Shown in pieces: positions 20,349 through 31,088 of a DNA stretch of 64,000 nucleotides. Position 1 is the stretch's first letter; each line of letters begins with the position of its first letter. The stretch lies in the NCBI GenBank assembly GCA_963810095.1, contig CAWEMM010000006.1, positions 480,001 to 544,000 of the forward strand, written 5' to 3'. A program made the translations under genes and the position numbers. The notes under the pieces are model-generated. The model was not told the DNA's origin. It worked only from the letters and a program-made list of their open reading frames with translations, and did no database searches. The DNA is from an uncultured Chloroflexia bacterium. GTDB taxonomy: Bacteria > Chloroflexota > Anaerolineae > CG2-30-64-16.

Positions 20349-21332
20349 CTACTTGCGGATCGGTTTCTGGATCGCGCTGATCAGCACAGCCACGAGCACG
20401 ATCAGGCCGCGGGCGACCTCCTGCCAATAGGGGTCCACCCCCATCAGCACCATGCCGTTGTTCAGCAGGCCAATGAACAGTACGCCCAGCAGCGTGCCAA
20501 TCATCGAGCCGGACCCGCCCGCCAGGCTCGTGCCGCCAATCACGACGGCTGCGATCACGTCGAACTCGAGGCCCTCGCCCACGCTGTGCGAGCCGGCCAT
20601 GATGCGGGACGAGGTGATGACCCCGCCGATGGCCGCCATCATGCCGCTGATGGCAAAGACCAGGATGCGTGTGCGGCCCACCGGGATGCCCGAAAGCCGC
20701 GACGCTTCTTCGTTGCCGCCGACGCTATAGACAGACCGGCCAAACACCGTGCGCGTACTCAAGAAATAGAAGATCGCAACGGTTACCAGCATGAGCACGG
20801 CCGGCACCGGGATCACCTTGAAGACGTAGCCCTGGCCCCAGTACGAGAAGGATTCGGGGAAGGGCGTAATGGGATAGGCGCTGGTGATGACTTTTGCCAG
20901 GCCCTTGTACACCATCATTAAGGCCAGTGTGACCACGAAGGCCGGGATGCCCCACTTGACCCGGATGCCGCCGGCCAACGAGTGAACGAGGGTGATAATG
21001 CCGACCACGAACAGCACGGCCAGCGCCAGAGGCCAGTGCTGCTTAATTGCCAGCACGCCCAGGAGGGCACTGGCCCACGCAACCGCGCCGCCCACGCTCA
21101 CGTCGATGTCGCCCGAAATGATGACGAAGGTCATGGCACAGGCGATCATCCCATTGATCGCGACCACGCGCAGCACGTTGAACAGGTTACGCGGTGTGGC
21201 GAAGTTGGGCGCAATCGCCCACAACACGACAAACAGGATGATCACACCGAGCAGCAGGCCCGCGCGCGAGAGCAGCTCGCCCGCCCGCGCCTGCCAGGCC
21301 GGCTTGGTTTTCACCTCGGCGGTCTTGATCAT
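20349..21332 (-). CDS. Monosaccharide ABC permease (RbsC-like)
   Basis: IISGDIDVSVG, SVGGNEEASRLSG, IAAVVIGGTSLAGGSG. Confidence 0.9.
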   Translation of the reverse strand: MIKTAEVKTKPAWQARAGELLSRAGLLLGVIILFVVLWAIAPNFATPRNLFNVLRVVAINGMIACAMTFVIISGDIDVSVGGAVAWASALLGVLAIKQHWPLALAVLFVVGIITLVHSLAGGIRVKWGIPAFVVTLALMMVYKGLAKVITSAYPITPFPESFSYWGQGYVFKVIPVPAVLMLVTVAIFYFLSTRTVFGRSVYSVGGNEEASRLSGIPVGRTRILVFAISGMMAAIGGVITSSRIMAGSHSVGEGLEFDVIAAVVIGGTSLAGGSGSMIGTLLGVLFIGLLNNGMVLMGVDPYWQEVARGLIVLVAVLISAIQKPIRK

Positions 21333-22832
21333 GATTCGGTTTCCTCCATCACCATCGCCAGCAGCCGCTCCAGGTCGATTTCGTCGGGCTTGACTTCGGC
21401 TGTAATGCCGCCGTCGTGCATGACCAGGATACGGTCGGCGACGTCGAGCACTTCTTCAATTTCTGACGAGATGAACACCACGGCCAAGCCCTGCGTTGCC
21501 AGGTCGCGCACCAGCGAGAAGATCTGCTCTTTCGCCTGAATGTCGATGCCGCGCGTCGGCTCGTCCATCAGGAGCACTTCGGGCAGCGTGTTGAGCCAGT
21601 TGCCGACGACGACCTTCTGCTGGTTGCCGCCGCTGAGCGTTTGCGCGGCGACGTTCAGGTTCGGCGTCTTGATTGCCATCGACTGAACCATCTCTTGGGC
21701 GAGGGTATTCGCCTTGGCACGCTGCAGCACGCCGCTGACGCTAAAGCGGTCCATCGCGGCGATGGTCAGGTTGTCACGGACGGAGAAGGGCAGGACCAGC
21801 CCCTGCCGCTTGCGGTCTTCGGGCGTGAGGCCCACTTTGTTCGCCTTCATGTTCTCGGGCGTCGGGTGGCTTACCCGCTTGCCCTTGACGGTAATCTCGC
21901 CGCTATCCACGGCGTCGAGGCCGAAGATCGCGCGCACGAGCTCGGTGCGACCCGAGCCGAGCAGCCCGGCCAGGCCGAGCACCTCGCCGCCCCGCACCTC
22001 GAAGGAGACGTCCTTGAGCACCGCGCCCCGGTTAAGGTTCTTCACCGCCAGCTTCACTTCGCCCACCTGCGTGCGACCGCCGCGCACCGTGCGCTGCCAG
22101 TCCACGCCGATCATCATCTGGGCAATGCGCGGCGGGGGTGGCCTGCTGCGCGGTGATCGTGCCGATCAGGCGACCATCGCGCAAGACCGTGACGTTGTCC
22201 GCGACGTGGGGAATCTCCTGCAGACGATGGGTGACGTAGATAATTGCCTGGCCCTGTTCCGCCAGCTTGCGGACCACTTTGTGCAGGACATCCACCTCGC
22301 CCGACGCCAGCGCGCTCGTCGGCTCGTCAAGCACGAGCACCCGAGGGCCCATCGACAGCGCCTTGGCGATCTCCACCAGCTGCTGGTTGGCGACACTCAG
22401 CCGGCCGACCTCCTGGTCGAGGTTGATCGAGACTTCCAGTTGGTCAAGCGCGGCTTTGGCAATGGGCCGAACCCGGCTGCGGTCGATGACCGACAGGCCA
22501 AGGATGTTGTGCCGGGGCCAGCGCCCCAGCAGGATGTTCTCGGCGACGGTCAACCCGGGCACCAGGCTCATCTCCTGGTAGACCGTGTAGATGCCCTGTT
22601 TGAATGCATCCTGCGGGTCGGCGATGTTTACCGGCTGCCCGTCGATGCGGATGGCGCCGCTGTCTGGGTGGACCGCACCGCTCAGCACCTTGACGAGCGT
22701 GGACTTTCCCGCACCGTTCTTGCCCAGCAGCGCCCGGACCTCGCCGCGCTCGAGCGTGAAGTCCACCCCGTCCAGCGCGACCACGCCGGGATACTCTTTT
22801 GAGACTTGTTCCAGGGCCAAGATCGGAGTCAT
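21329..22832 (-). CDS. Monosaccharide ABC ATP-binding protein, RbsA-like (frameshift near 22130)
   Basis: GKNGAGKST, LDEPTS, PEDRKRQGL, LSGGNQQK, DEPTRGID. Confidence 0.88.
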
Positions 22833-22849
22833 TGATCCTCCGGGACAAC

Positions 22850-22890
22850 TTCTTGCCCCCCGCCGGCCTGCGGCCGGCGGGGGGCAAGAA
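22850..22890. other. 19-bp stem-loop between SBP and ATPase genes (mRNA stabiliser or partial terminator)
   Basis: TTCTTGCCCCCCGCCGGCC-TGC-GGCCGGCGGGGGGCAAGAA. Confidence 0.7.
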
Positions 22891-22898
22891 AAGGGGGT

Positions 22899-25818
22899 TT
22901 ACTTGAAGATCGCCTTGCCTTCGGTGTCCGCGAACTGCTTGATCAGCGCATCGTTGCCGCGGCCGAAGTAGATCGTCGGGGTGTTGGTCACCGCGTCGAC
23001 CTTCTCGCCGTTCATCACGCGGACCATGGTCATGAACGAGTCATAGCCCATCTGGTAGGGGGCCTGGCCCGTCACGCCCTGGAGGATGTTGTCCGACGCC
23101 TGCAGCATCTGGCCCATCTGGTTGTTCATGTCCGTGCCGAACACGAACACCTTGTCGCTCAGGCCCAACGTCTTCACAGCATTGGCATGCGCCACCGTGC
23201 CGCCTTCGTTCGCGGCCCACAGCACGTTGATGTCCGGGTTCGCCTGCAGCATCGCCTCCGACACCGGCTGCGCCTTGTCGGCCAGCCAGCCCGCCTGGTC
23301 TGCTACCACCTGCACCCCGGCCAGCTTCTTGAGTTGGTCCTCGAACCCTGCCTTGCGCGGCGGGCAGCCTTCGAACTGGTCGCAGTTCAGCACGCCAACC
23401 TTGGCCTTGCCGCCCAGCTTGTCCGTGATGAACTTCACCGCGGCCTCGCCCGACTTGATGCCCAGGTCTTCGTTCTTCGTCACCAGGAACCCCGAGGGGA
23501 TCGTCTTGTCGTTGACGCAGGTGTTGAAGCAGATGATCGTAATGCCGGCATCCTTGGCCCGCTTCAGCGCCGCCACCGACCCGTCCGCCGAGATCGGCGT
23601 GATCACGATCGCATCGACCTTGCGGGCGATGTAGTCGTCGATCATCGACGCTTCTTTGTCCAGCTTGTTGTCCGTGTTGCCCAGGATCAGCGTCGAGCCG
23701 GTCTTGTCGGCCGCGGCCTGCATGCCGGCTTGCACGGTCTGCATAAAGGTGTCCGACTGGAACACGACGCCGGCAACGGTCAGCTTCTTGTTAGGCATTG
23801 GTTCCGCTGCGGCTTGCGGCGCGGCGCTCTCGGCTGCCGGGACCTCGAAGATCGCCTTGCCTTCGGTGTCCGCGAACTGCTTGATCAGCGCATCGTTGCC
23901 GCGGCCGAAGTAGATCGTCGGCGTGTTGGTCACTTCGGCGACCTTCTTGCCGCCGAGCACGTCCAAGGCGCTGGCGAGCGCGTCATAGCCCATCTGGTAG
24001 GGGGCCTGGCCCGTCACGCCCTGCAGGATGTCGTCCGACGCCTGCAGCATCTGGCCCATCTGGTTGTTCATGTCCGTGCCGAACACGAACACCTTGCCGC
24101 CCAGGCCCAACGTCTTCACGGCGTTGGCGTGCGCCACCGTGCCGCCTTCGTTCGCGGCCCACAGCACGTTGATGTCCGGGTTCGCCTGCAGCATCGCCTC
24201 AGACACCGGCTGCGCCTTGTCGGCCAGCCAGCCCGCCTGGTCTGCTACCACCTGCACGCCCGGCAGCGCCTTCAACTGGTCCTCGAACCCTGCCTTGCGC
24301 GGCGGGCAGCCTTCGAACTGGTCGCAGTTCAGCACGCCGACCTTGGCCTTGCCGCCCAGCTTCTCCGTGATGAACTTCACCGCGGCCTCGCCCGACTTGA
24401 TGCCCAGGTCTTCGTTCTTCGTCACCAGGAACCCCGAGGGGATCGTCTTGTCGTTGACACAGGTGTTGAAGCAGATGATCGTAATGCCGGCATCCTTCGC
24501 CCGCTTCAGCGCCGCTACCGACCCATCCGCCGAGATCGGCGTGATCACGATCGCCTTAACACCGCGCGCGATGTAATCGTCGATCATCGACGCTTCTTTG
24601 TCCAGCTTGTTGTCCGTGTTGCCCAGGATGACTTCCGCGCCAAGCTTATCGGCTGCGGCCTGCATACCGGCTTGCACGGTCTGCATAAAGGTGTCCGACT
24701 GGAACACGACGCCCGCGATCACCGGCTTCTCGCCGGCCGGCTTGGGCGCGGCGCTCTCGGCTGCCGGAGCTTGGAAGACAGCCTTGCCTTCAGTGTCGAT
24801 GAACTGCTTGATCAGCGCATCGTTGCCGCGGCCGAAGTAGATCGTCGGGGTGTTCGTGACCTCGGCAACCTTCTTCCCGCCGAGCACGTCGAGCGCCGAG
24901 TTCAGCGAATCGTAGCCCATCTGGTAGGGGGCCTGGCCCGTCACGCCCTGCAGGATGTTGTCCGACGCCTGCAGCATCTGGCCCATCTGGTTGTTCATGT
25001 CCGTGCCGAACACGAACACCTTGTCGCCCAGGCCCAGCGTCTTCACGGCGTTGGCATGCGCCACCGTGCCGCCTTCGTTCGCGGCCCACAGCACGTTGAT
25101 GTCCGGGTTCGCCTGCAGCATCGCCTCAGACACCGGCTGCGCCTTGTCGGCCAGCCAGCCCGCCTGGTCTGCTACCACCTGCACGCCCGGCAGCGCCTTC
25201 AACTGGTCCTCGAACCCTGCCTTGCGCGGCGGGCAGCCTTCGAACTGGTCGCAGTTCAGCACGCCAACCTTGGCCTTGCCGCCCAGCTTGTCCGTGATGA
25301 ACTTCACCGCGGCCTCGCCCGACTTGATGCCCAGGTCTTCGTTCTTCGTCACCAGGAACCCCGAGGGGATCGTCTTGTCGTTGACACAGGTGTTGAAGCA
25401 GATGATCGTAATGCCGGCATCCTTCGCCCGCTTCAGCGCCGCCACCGACCCATCCGCCGAGATCGGCGTGATCACAATCGCCTTAACACCGCGCGATGTA
25501 ATCGTCGATCATCGACGCTTCTTTGTCCAGCTTGTTGTCCGTGTTGCCCAGGATCAGGTTGACGCCGGCCTTGTCGGCTGCGGCCTGCATACCGGCTTGC
25601 ACGGTCTGCATAAAGGTGTCCGACTGGAACACGACGCCTGCAATCGTGGGCTTGTCGGTCGCTGCAGGTTGCTCAGGGGCCTTCGTAGCTTCGGGTGCGG
25701 TCGTTGCCTGTGCAGCGGGTGCGGCGGTGGGCTGCGCGGCGGGCGTACCGCACGCGGCCAGCACCATCGACAGGACCGTCAACACGGCGAGGAGTTGCAA
25801 GAATTTCCTTGCAGACAT
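22899..25818 (-). CDS. Sugar ABC substrate-binding lipoprotein with three near-identical tandem domains (2-nt frameshift near 25495)
   Basis: Lipobox VLAA-C; three copies of AGVVFQSDTFMQTVQAG...TPTIYFGRGNDALIKQF at 927 and 942 bp spacing. Confidence 0.9.
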
Positions 25819-25926
25819 GGGGCTTCCCTCCTGGAATACGTAGAGCGGCGTCACTCGTGCCGCCAGCGATGTTCTCCTGAGAGAGGACACAGGGGTCCCT
25901 GCCTGGCAGCGCACAGGGGCACGGTG

Positions 25927-25955
25927 ATAGTAGCACAGAAACGGACACGTGTCAA
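25927..25955 (-). promoter_or_regulatory. Sigma70 promoter of the triple-SBP operon
   Basis: TTGACA-17-TACTAT with extended -10 TG. Confidence 0.75.
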
Positions 25956-25960
25956 TAGGG

Positions 25961-25990
25961 TTCTTTCGTTTCTGATCGAAATCGAAAGAA
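25961..25990. promoter_or_regulatory. Putative DeoR operator (imperfect palindrome between divergent -35 boxes)
   Basis: TTCTTTCGTTTCTGATCGAAATCGAAAGAA. Confidence 0.6.
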
Positions 25991-25996
25991 AAGCTA

Positions 25997-26025
25997 TTGA
26001 CAAACGATCGTTATCGCTCTATACT
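25997..26025 (+). promoter_or_regulatory. Sigma70 promoter of the second regulator/dehydrogenase operon
   Basis: TTGACA-17-TATACT; the spacer holds an operator-like CGATC-N3-ATCG. Confidence 0.8.
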
Positions 26026-26051
26026 GGCTTCGGATTCTCACGGAGGCTGCC

Positions 26052-27772
26052 ATGCCGGTGAACGCGCGTCAAGAGCGCATCCTGGACGAGCTGGAACGCA
26101 ACGGTTTCGCGTCGGTGATCAACCTCAGCGGCCTGCTGCAGGTGTCCGAGGTCACCGTGCGTCGCGATCTCGAACAACTGGAAGGGGCCGGGCGCCTCAG
26201 GCGTACGCACGGCGGCGCACTCAGCGTAAAGCCCCCAACAGGGCAGCCGAACGGTGCGGGCGAGCGTGGGCTTGGCGAGCGACAGCCGAACGCGCTCGCG
26301 GACCGGGTGGACGTGCTGGTGACGACACCCGTCGATCCGGCCTTCGACCGGGCGCTGCTCGACCGGGCTGCACAGCGCGGCGTGCCCGTCATCGCCGAGT
26401 CGGTCTCCATGCCCGGCGCAGTCACCCTCGTTGCACCCGACAACACGGCGGCCGGCTTCGCCCTTGGCGTGTGGGCGGGGCGCCACGCGCTCGAGCATTG
26501 GGAGGGCCGCGCCTACCTCCTCGATCTGACCTTCGACCTTGAAAATACCCGCGAACGGAGCCAGGGCTTCGTGGCCGGATTGCGCAGCGTCCTGCCAGAC
26601 GCCCAGCACGTCCTGTCCATCAACGCCGGGTCGAACCAGGTGCCGGCTTATCAAATCACCCGCGACGTGCTCGCCGTGCACCCGGAAATCAACATCATCT
26701 TTGCCATCAACGACGCCACCGCCGCGGGCGCAGCCCGGGCCTGCCGCGACCAGAGCATCCCGTCGGAAGAGCTCCTCCTGATGACCTTCGGCCTCGAAGG
26801 CAATACCTTGCGGAACTCGCTCTCGACGTGCGGCTACTGCCGGGCCGGCCTGGCGATGTTTCCCGAGGTGGTTGGCCCGATCTGCGTGGAGGCGGCCATC
26901 CCGCGCTGGAGGGCCAGCCGCTGCCGCCGCATCTCGTCACGCCGACGGCGGTGTTGACCACGGAGTCGCTGGCCGAGTTCTACCAGCGCAACGGCCCGTC
27001 GTGGGAGTGCAACTGGCGGGCCGTCGAAGAGAAGCTGAAACTGCCCCTGCCGCTCAACGGAGATCACGGGGCCCGCTCCAGGCGCCCGCCGCGCCGCATC
27101 GGCCTGGTTGTGCCGTTTAGCGAGCACGAGTGGTACGCCAACCTGGCCGAATGCATGGGCGCCTATGCCGCCCGCTATGGCATGGAACTCGAGGTGATCG
27201 ACGCGGAGGCGAGCCGCCAGGAAGACATCAGCATGCGCCAGCGAGAGATCGCGCGCTTGGCGGCCACGCTGGTCGCTCCCGGCGACGTCGTGCTGATCGA
27301 CGCCGGCCCGGTGACGACGTTCCTCGCCGAAGCTCTGGCCGAACACCAGGGCATCACGGTCATCACGAACTCGCTCGGCGCCATCGACGCGCTGCGCGAC
27401 CGTCCCGGCGTGACGCTCATTGTCACGGGTGGGCTGCTGCCCGCGGGAAGCGGCGCTCTGAGCGGCCCAACCGCCGAGCAGTCGCTGCACGAGCTGCGCG
27501 CGGATAAGCTCTTCCTGGCCGCCGTGGGCGTCACCCCCGAGTTCGGCATCTCGCACGATCGCCTGGCCGAAGTTGCCACCAAGCAGGCGATGATTCGTGT
27601 GGCACGCGAAGTCATTTTGCTGGCCGACCATACCCTCTTCGGCCAGGAATCGGTCACCCAAGTCGCCCCCCTTCGCGTCCTCTCCCGCGTGATCACCGAC
27701 AGCGCGCTCCCGGCGACCACACGCCTGGAGTTGAGTAAAACCGGGATCGAGGTTATCATCGCGCGCACGTAG
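26052..27772 (+). CDS. Second DeoR-family regulator with inserted periplasmic-binding-type domain (frameshift near 26900)
   Basis: SEVTVRRDL..RRTHGGA; IFAINDATA; GDVVLIDAGPVT, LADHTLFG; paralogue of 17211..18935. Confidence 0.85.
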
Positions 27773-27779
27773 CAATTCC

Positions 27780-27878
27780 TGCCACAGAGGGGACAGAGCA
27801 AACCGGGGCCGTGGGAGCAAATCTGTATCCTCGGGTGCCTCCGAAGCACCTCTGTGCCCTCTATAAATCTCTGTGGCA
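27780..27878. repeat. REP-like palindrome, CACAGAG family
   Basis: TGCCACAGAGGGGACAGAG ... CTCTGTGCCCTCTATAAATCTCTGTGGCA. Confidence 0.7.
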
Positions 27879-27890
27879 AAGGCGAAGTTG

Positions 27891-29618
27891 ATGCCCATCT
27901 GCGACATTCCCGATACCATGCTCGCCTGGCCGCTGTATGGCGCGGGGCTCGATAACTTCGGCGTCGAAGGCCGGCCCGCGCGCTGGACAACGCCGCGCCC
28001 CGCGCCCGACCAGATTCTCGTCCGTTCGGACGCGGTGGGACTGTGCTACTCCGACGTCAAGGTGATTCGCCAGGGCTCGGGGCACCCCAGGTTATACAAC
28101 CGCGACCTGGCCTGCCACCCCGCGGTGCAGGGGCACGAGGTGACGATGACCGTGGCGGAGGTAGGGGAGGCATGGCGCGACCGCTTTGAGCCGGGCCAGC
28201 GGCTGGTGCTCCAGGCCGACATCTACTACCGGGGCAAAAACCTCGCCTACGGCTATGTCTTCGTGGGCGGTCTGGCCCAGTATAGCCTGCTTGGACCGGC
28301 GGCGCTCGACGGCGACGAGGGGTGTTACGCCATCCCCGTTCCCCCTGAAATGGGCTACGCCGAGGTAGCGCTGACCGAGCCTTGGGCCTGCGTCGAGGCC
28401 GCGTACGTCCCCCGCCGCCGGCTGCACGTCAAGAAGGACGGCGTCCTGTGGATCGTCGGCCGGCCCGGCCTGGACCGGCCCTACGTGCTCGGCGACACGC
28501 TGTGCTGCGGGCTGCCCCGGCGAATCCTGGCGACGAATATCCCGCAATCGCTGGCAGACCAGTTTACCTGGCCCCCTGTCGAGGCGCGCGACGGCGTTTC
28601 GCCCGAACGGTTCCGGGCCCTCATGGAGGCAGAGGCGCCGGGCGGCTTCGACGACGTCATCGTCCTCGATCCGACGCCCGAAGTGCTCGATGCGCTGCCG
28701 GGCGTCCTGGCACCGGGCGCGGTGGTCAACCTCGTCGGCGAGCGGCCGCTCGGCCGCCCTGTCCAGGTCGACGCCGGCCGCGTCCATTACGACTACACCG
28801 TCTACATCGGCGCCCGCGGGCCCGACCTGGCCGCAGCTTACGGGGAGGAACGCAACCGGACCGAAGTTCGGGCGGGCGGCACCGCCTGGATCATCGGGGG
28901 CGGCGGGCCGATGGGCCGGATGCACTTGCAGCGGATGCTGGAGATGCAGGGCGGGCCGCGGCGCGTGCTGGTGAGCGAGTCGAACGCCGGGCGCAACCCG
29001 GAGCTCGTCGCGGACTTTGGACCGTTGGCGCAGGCCCGCGGTATCGAGCTATCCGTGATCAGCCCGCGGCAGATGGCGCCGGATGCCTACGAAACGGCGG
29101 TGCGGGATTTTCGCGGGGCGACCGGCTTCGACGACGTCGTCGTGATCGTCGCGAGCGTGCCGGCCATCGAGGCGGCCATGCCGCACCTGGCGCCGGACGG
29201 CATGCTCCAGATCTTTGGCGGCCTCGCCCGCGGCACGCTCGCACAGCTGGACCTGTCGGGCGTCTACCTGGGCGGCGCCCAGATCACCGGCTCCGCGGGC
29301 TCGACCATCCAAGACCAGGCGTCCGTGCTCCACAAGGTTGCGGCCGGGCAGTTGTCGACGGCCGCGGCCGTCGCCGCCATCGGGGGCATCGACGCGGCCC
29401 GCGACGGGATGCAGGGGCTGATGGACGGCCGCTTCCCCGGCAAGATGGTCATCTACCCGCAGGTGGAGGCCTTTCCGCTGACCGCGCTGGCCGACCTGAA
29501 GGCCGTCGCGCCGGCGGTCTATGATTTGCTCGGTCCGCGCGGCGGATGGACCCGCGAGGCAGAAGCCGAGTTCCTGCGGACCTACGCGAACGGCGCGTAC
29601 GACGATGTGTCGTCTTAA
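27891..29618 (+). CDS. Zn-dependent medium-chain dehydrogenase, L-sorbose-1-phosphate reductase (SorE)-like, enlarged
   Basis: WPLYGAG, GLCYSD, GHE, LTEPWACV, GGGGPMG, GFDDVVV, FPGKMVIYP. Confidence 0.75.
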   Translation: MPICDIPDTMLAWPLYGAGLDNFGVEGRPARWTTPRPAPDQILVRSDAVGLCYSDVKVIRQGSGHPRLYNRDLACHPAVQGHEVTMTVAEVGEAWRDRFEPGQRLVLQADIYYRGKNLAYGYVFVGGLAQYSLLGPAALDGDEGCYAIPVPPEMGYAEVALTEPWACVEAAYVPRRRLHVKKDGVLWIVGRPGLDRPYVLGDTLCCGLPRRILATNIPQSLADQFTWPPVEARDGVSPERFRALMEAEAPGGFDDVIVLDPTPEVLDALPGVLAPGAVVNLVGERPLGRPVQVDAGRVHYDYTVYIGARGPDLAAAYGEERNRTEVRAGGTAWIIGGGGPMGRMHLQRMLEMQGGPRRVLVSESNAGRNPELVADFGPLAQARGIELSVISPRQMAPDAYETAVRDFRGATGFDDVVVIVASVPAIEAAMPHLAPDGMLQIFGGLARGTLAQLDLSGVYLGGAQITGSAGSTIQDQASVLHKVAAGQLSTAAAVAAIGGIDAARDGMQGLMDGRFPGKMVIYPQVEAFPLTALADLKAVAPAVYDLLGPRGGWTREAEAEFLRTYANGAYDDVSS

Positions 29619-29626
29619 CAGGAAGA

Positions 29627-29688
29627 ACCGAAGACGCAAAGGGGCACGAAAGCCTTTGTGAAACTTCCTTCTTTGGTTCTTGGTGTGA
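29627..29688. repeat. Degenerate REP-like element, CACAAAG family
   Basis: ACCGAAGACGCAAAGGGGCACGAAAG ... CTTTGTG...CTTTGGTTCTTGGTG. Confidence 0.4.
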
Positions 29689-29700
29689 AGCAGTGCTGCC

Positions 29701-30870
29701 ATGAGTGAAGCGATCATTTTTGGCGCGGGGAATATCGGCCGCGGGTTCATGGGCCAGCTCTTCAGCGAGTCGGGCTACTTCGTCACGTTCGCGGATGTCG
29801 ACCGTGCGCTGCTCGACCGCCATCAATGCCCGGAACGCCTATACCATCCGGCTCGTGACGAACGAAGGGGCGGAGGCGGTCGAAGTTGGCCCGGTCGCCG
29901 CCCTGCACAGCAGCGACGAGGTCGACGCGGTGGCCGACGTGATCAGCCGGGCCGAAATCGGCGCGACCGCGGTAGGCGCGGGCGTGCTCAAGCACGTTGC
30001 GCCGGTGGTCGCGGCCGGCATCGAACGTCGCGCATTGCTGGGCAACAGCGCGCCGCTCAACCTGATCCTGTGCGAGAACCTGCACGGCGCGGCCCGCATC
30101 TTCCGTGACATGGTCCTGGCGCACCTGCCGCCGAACCTGCACCCGTTTGTCGCCGGCCACGTCGGGTTTGTCGACACCGTCATCGCGCGCATGGTGCCGC
30201 CGCTCACGCCGGAGCTGCGCGTCGAGGACCCCAGCCTGATCGTCGTGGAGCCGTATAAGGAGCTCCCTGTCGATCGGGACGCGTTTGTGGGGCCGGTGCC
30301 CGACGTGGTGGGCATGGTTCCCTTCGCACCCTTCGAGTTCTTCACCGAGCGCAAGCTGTACGTCCACAACGCCGGCCACGCTACGCTTGGCTACCTGGGC
30401 TATCTGAAGGGCTATGCATACGGCTATGAAGCGCTGGCCGACGACGAGATCTACTTCCAGGCGCGGGCGCGATGGAAGAGTCGGCCCTCGCATTGACCCG
30501 CAAGTTTCATCCCCCGGCGGGCAGCCTGCTCGCCAACATCGACGACCTGCTGCACCGGTTCGGGAATCGGGCTCTGGGCGACACGATTTTGCGGCTCGGC
30601 CGCGACCCGCTGCGCAAGCTCGCACCGGGCGACCGGCTTGCCGGCGCGGCGGTGAATGCAGCCGAAGAACGGGTGATGCCCGTGAATCTCGTGACCGGGC
30701 TGGCGGCGGGCCTCCACTTCAGCCACCCCGCCGACCGAATCGCCCAGGAACTGCAGGGGCGCATCAAGACGCTGGGCATCGAAAAGACCCTGGCCGAGGT
30801 CACCGGCATCTCGCCCGACGAAGAACTGGGACAGATGATTTTGGAACGGTACGCTGATTTAGCTGCCTGA
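29701..30870 (+). CDS. mtlD: Mannitol-1-phosphate 5-dehydrogenase-like (frameshifts near 29820 and 30470)
   Basis: IFGAGNIGRGF, ATAVG, ILCEN, FVDTVIARMVP, ERKLYVHNAGHA, RFGN..LGDTILRLGRDPLRKL. Confidence 0.8.
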
Positions 30871-30879
30871 TCCGAAATG

Positions 30880-31075
30880 GCACACTGATGCAACTGATTG
30901 AACTGATCTTCACTGTCCTTTGGGTGAAGATCGTTATAATCAGTCCGATCCGTTCAATCAGTGTGCTGTTTCATCCCCCGTTGTCAAGCAGAGCGGGGTG
31001 AAGGTCCAGACTGATCTGCATGGCATTAAACCTGTAGGATCAGGCAGATCAGCCTGATCAGTCGAATCAGCGTCC
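30880..31075. repeat. Cluster of REP-like palindromes, ACTGAT/ATCAGT family (9-nt periodic)
   Basis: GCACACTGATGCAACTGATTGAACTGAT ... AATCAGTCCGATCCGTTCAATCAGTGTGC, then a second copy ending ATCAGCCTGATCAGTCGAATCAGCGTCC. Confidence 0.8.
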
Positions 31076-31088
31076 TATTAAGGAGCAC

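Noticed and set aside
15000-25562. Long antisense ORFs (15000..17015, 23187..25562) and similar ones such as 32546..35086
   Set aside because: Shadow frames of high-GC coding genes with no recognisable motifs
22899-25650. Long direct repeats resembling a CRISPR array or mobile element
   Set aside because: They are ~930-bp in-frame protein domain repeats with no spacers, cas or transposase genes
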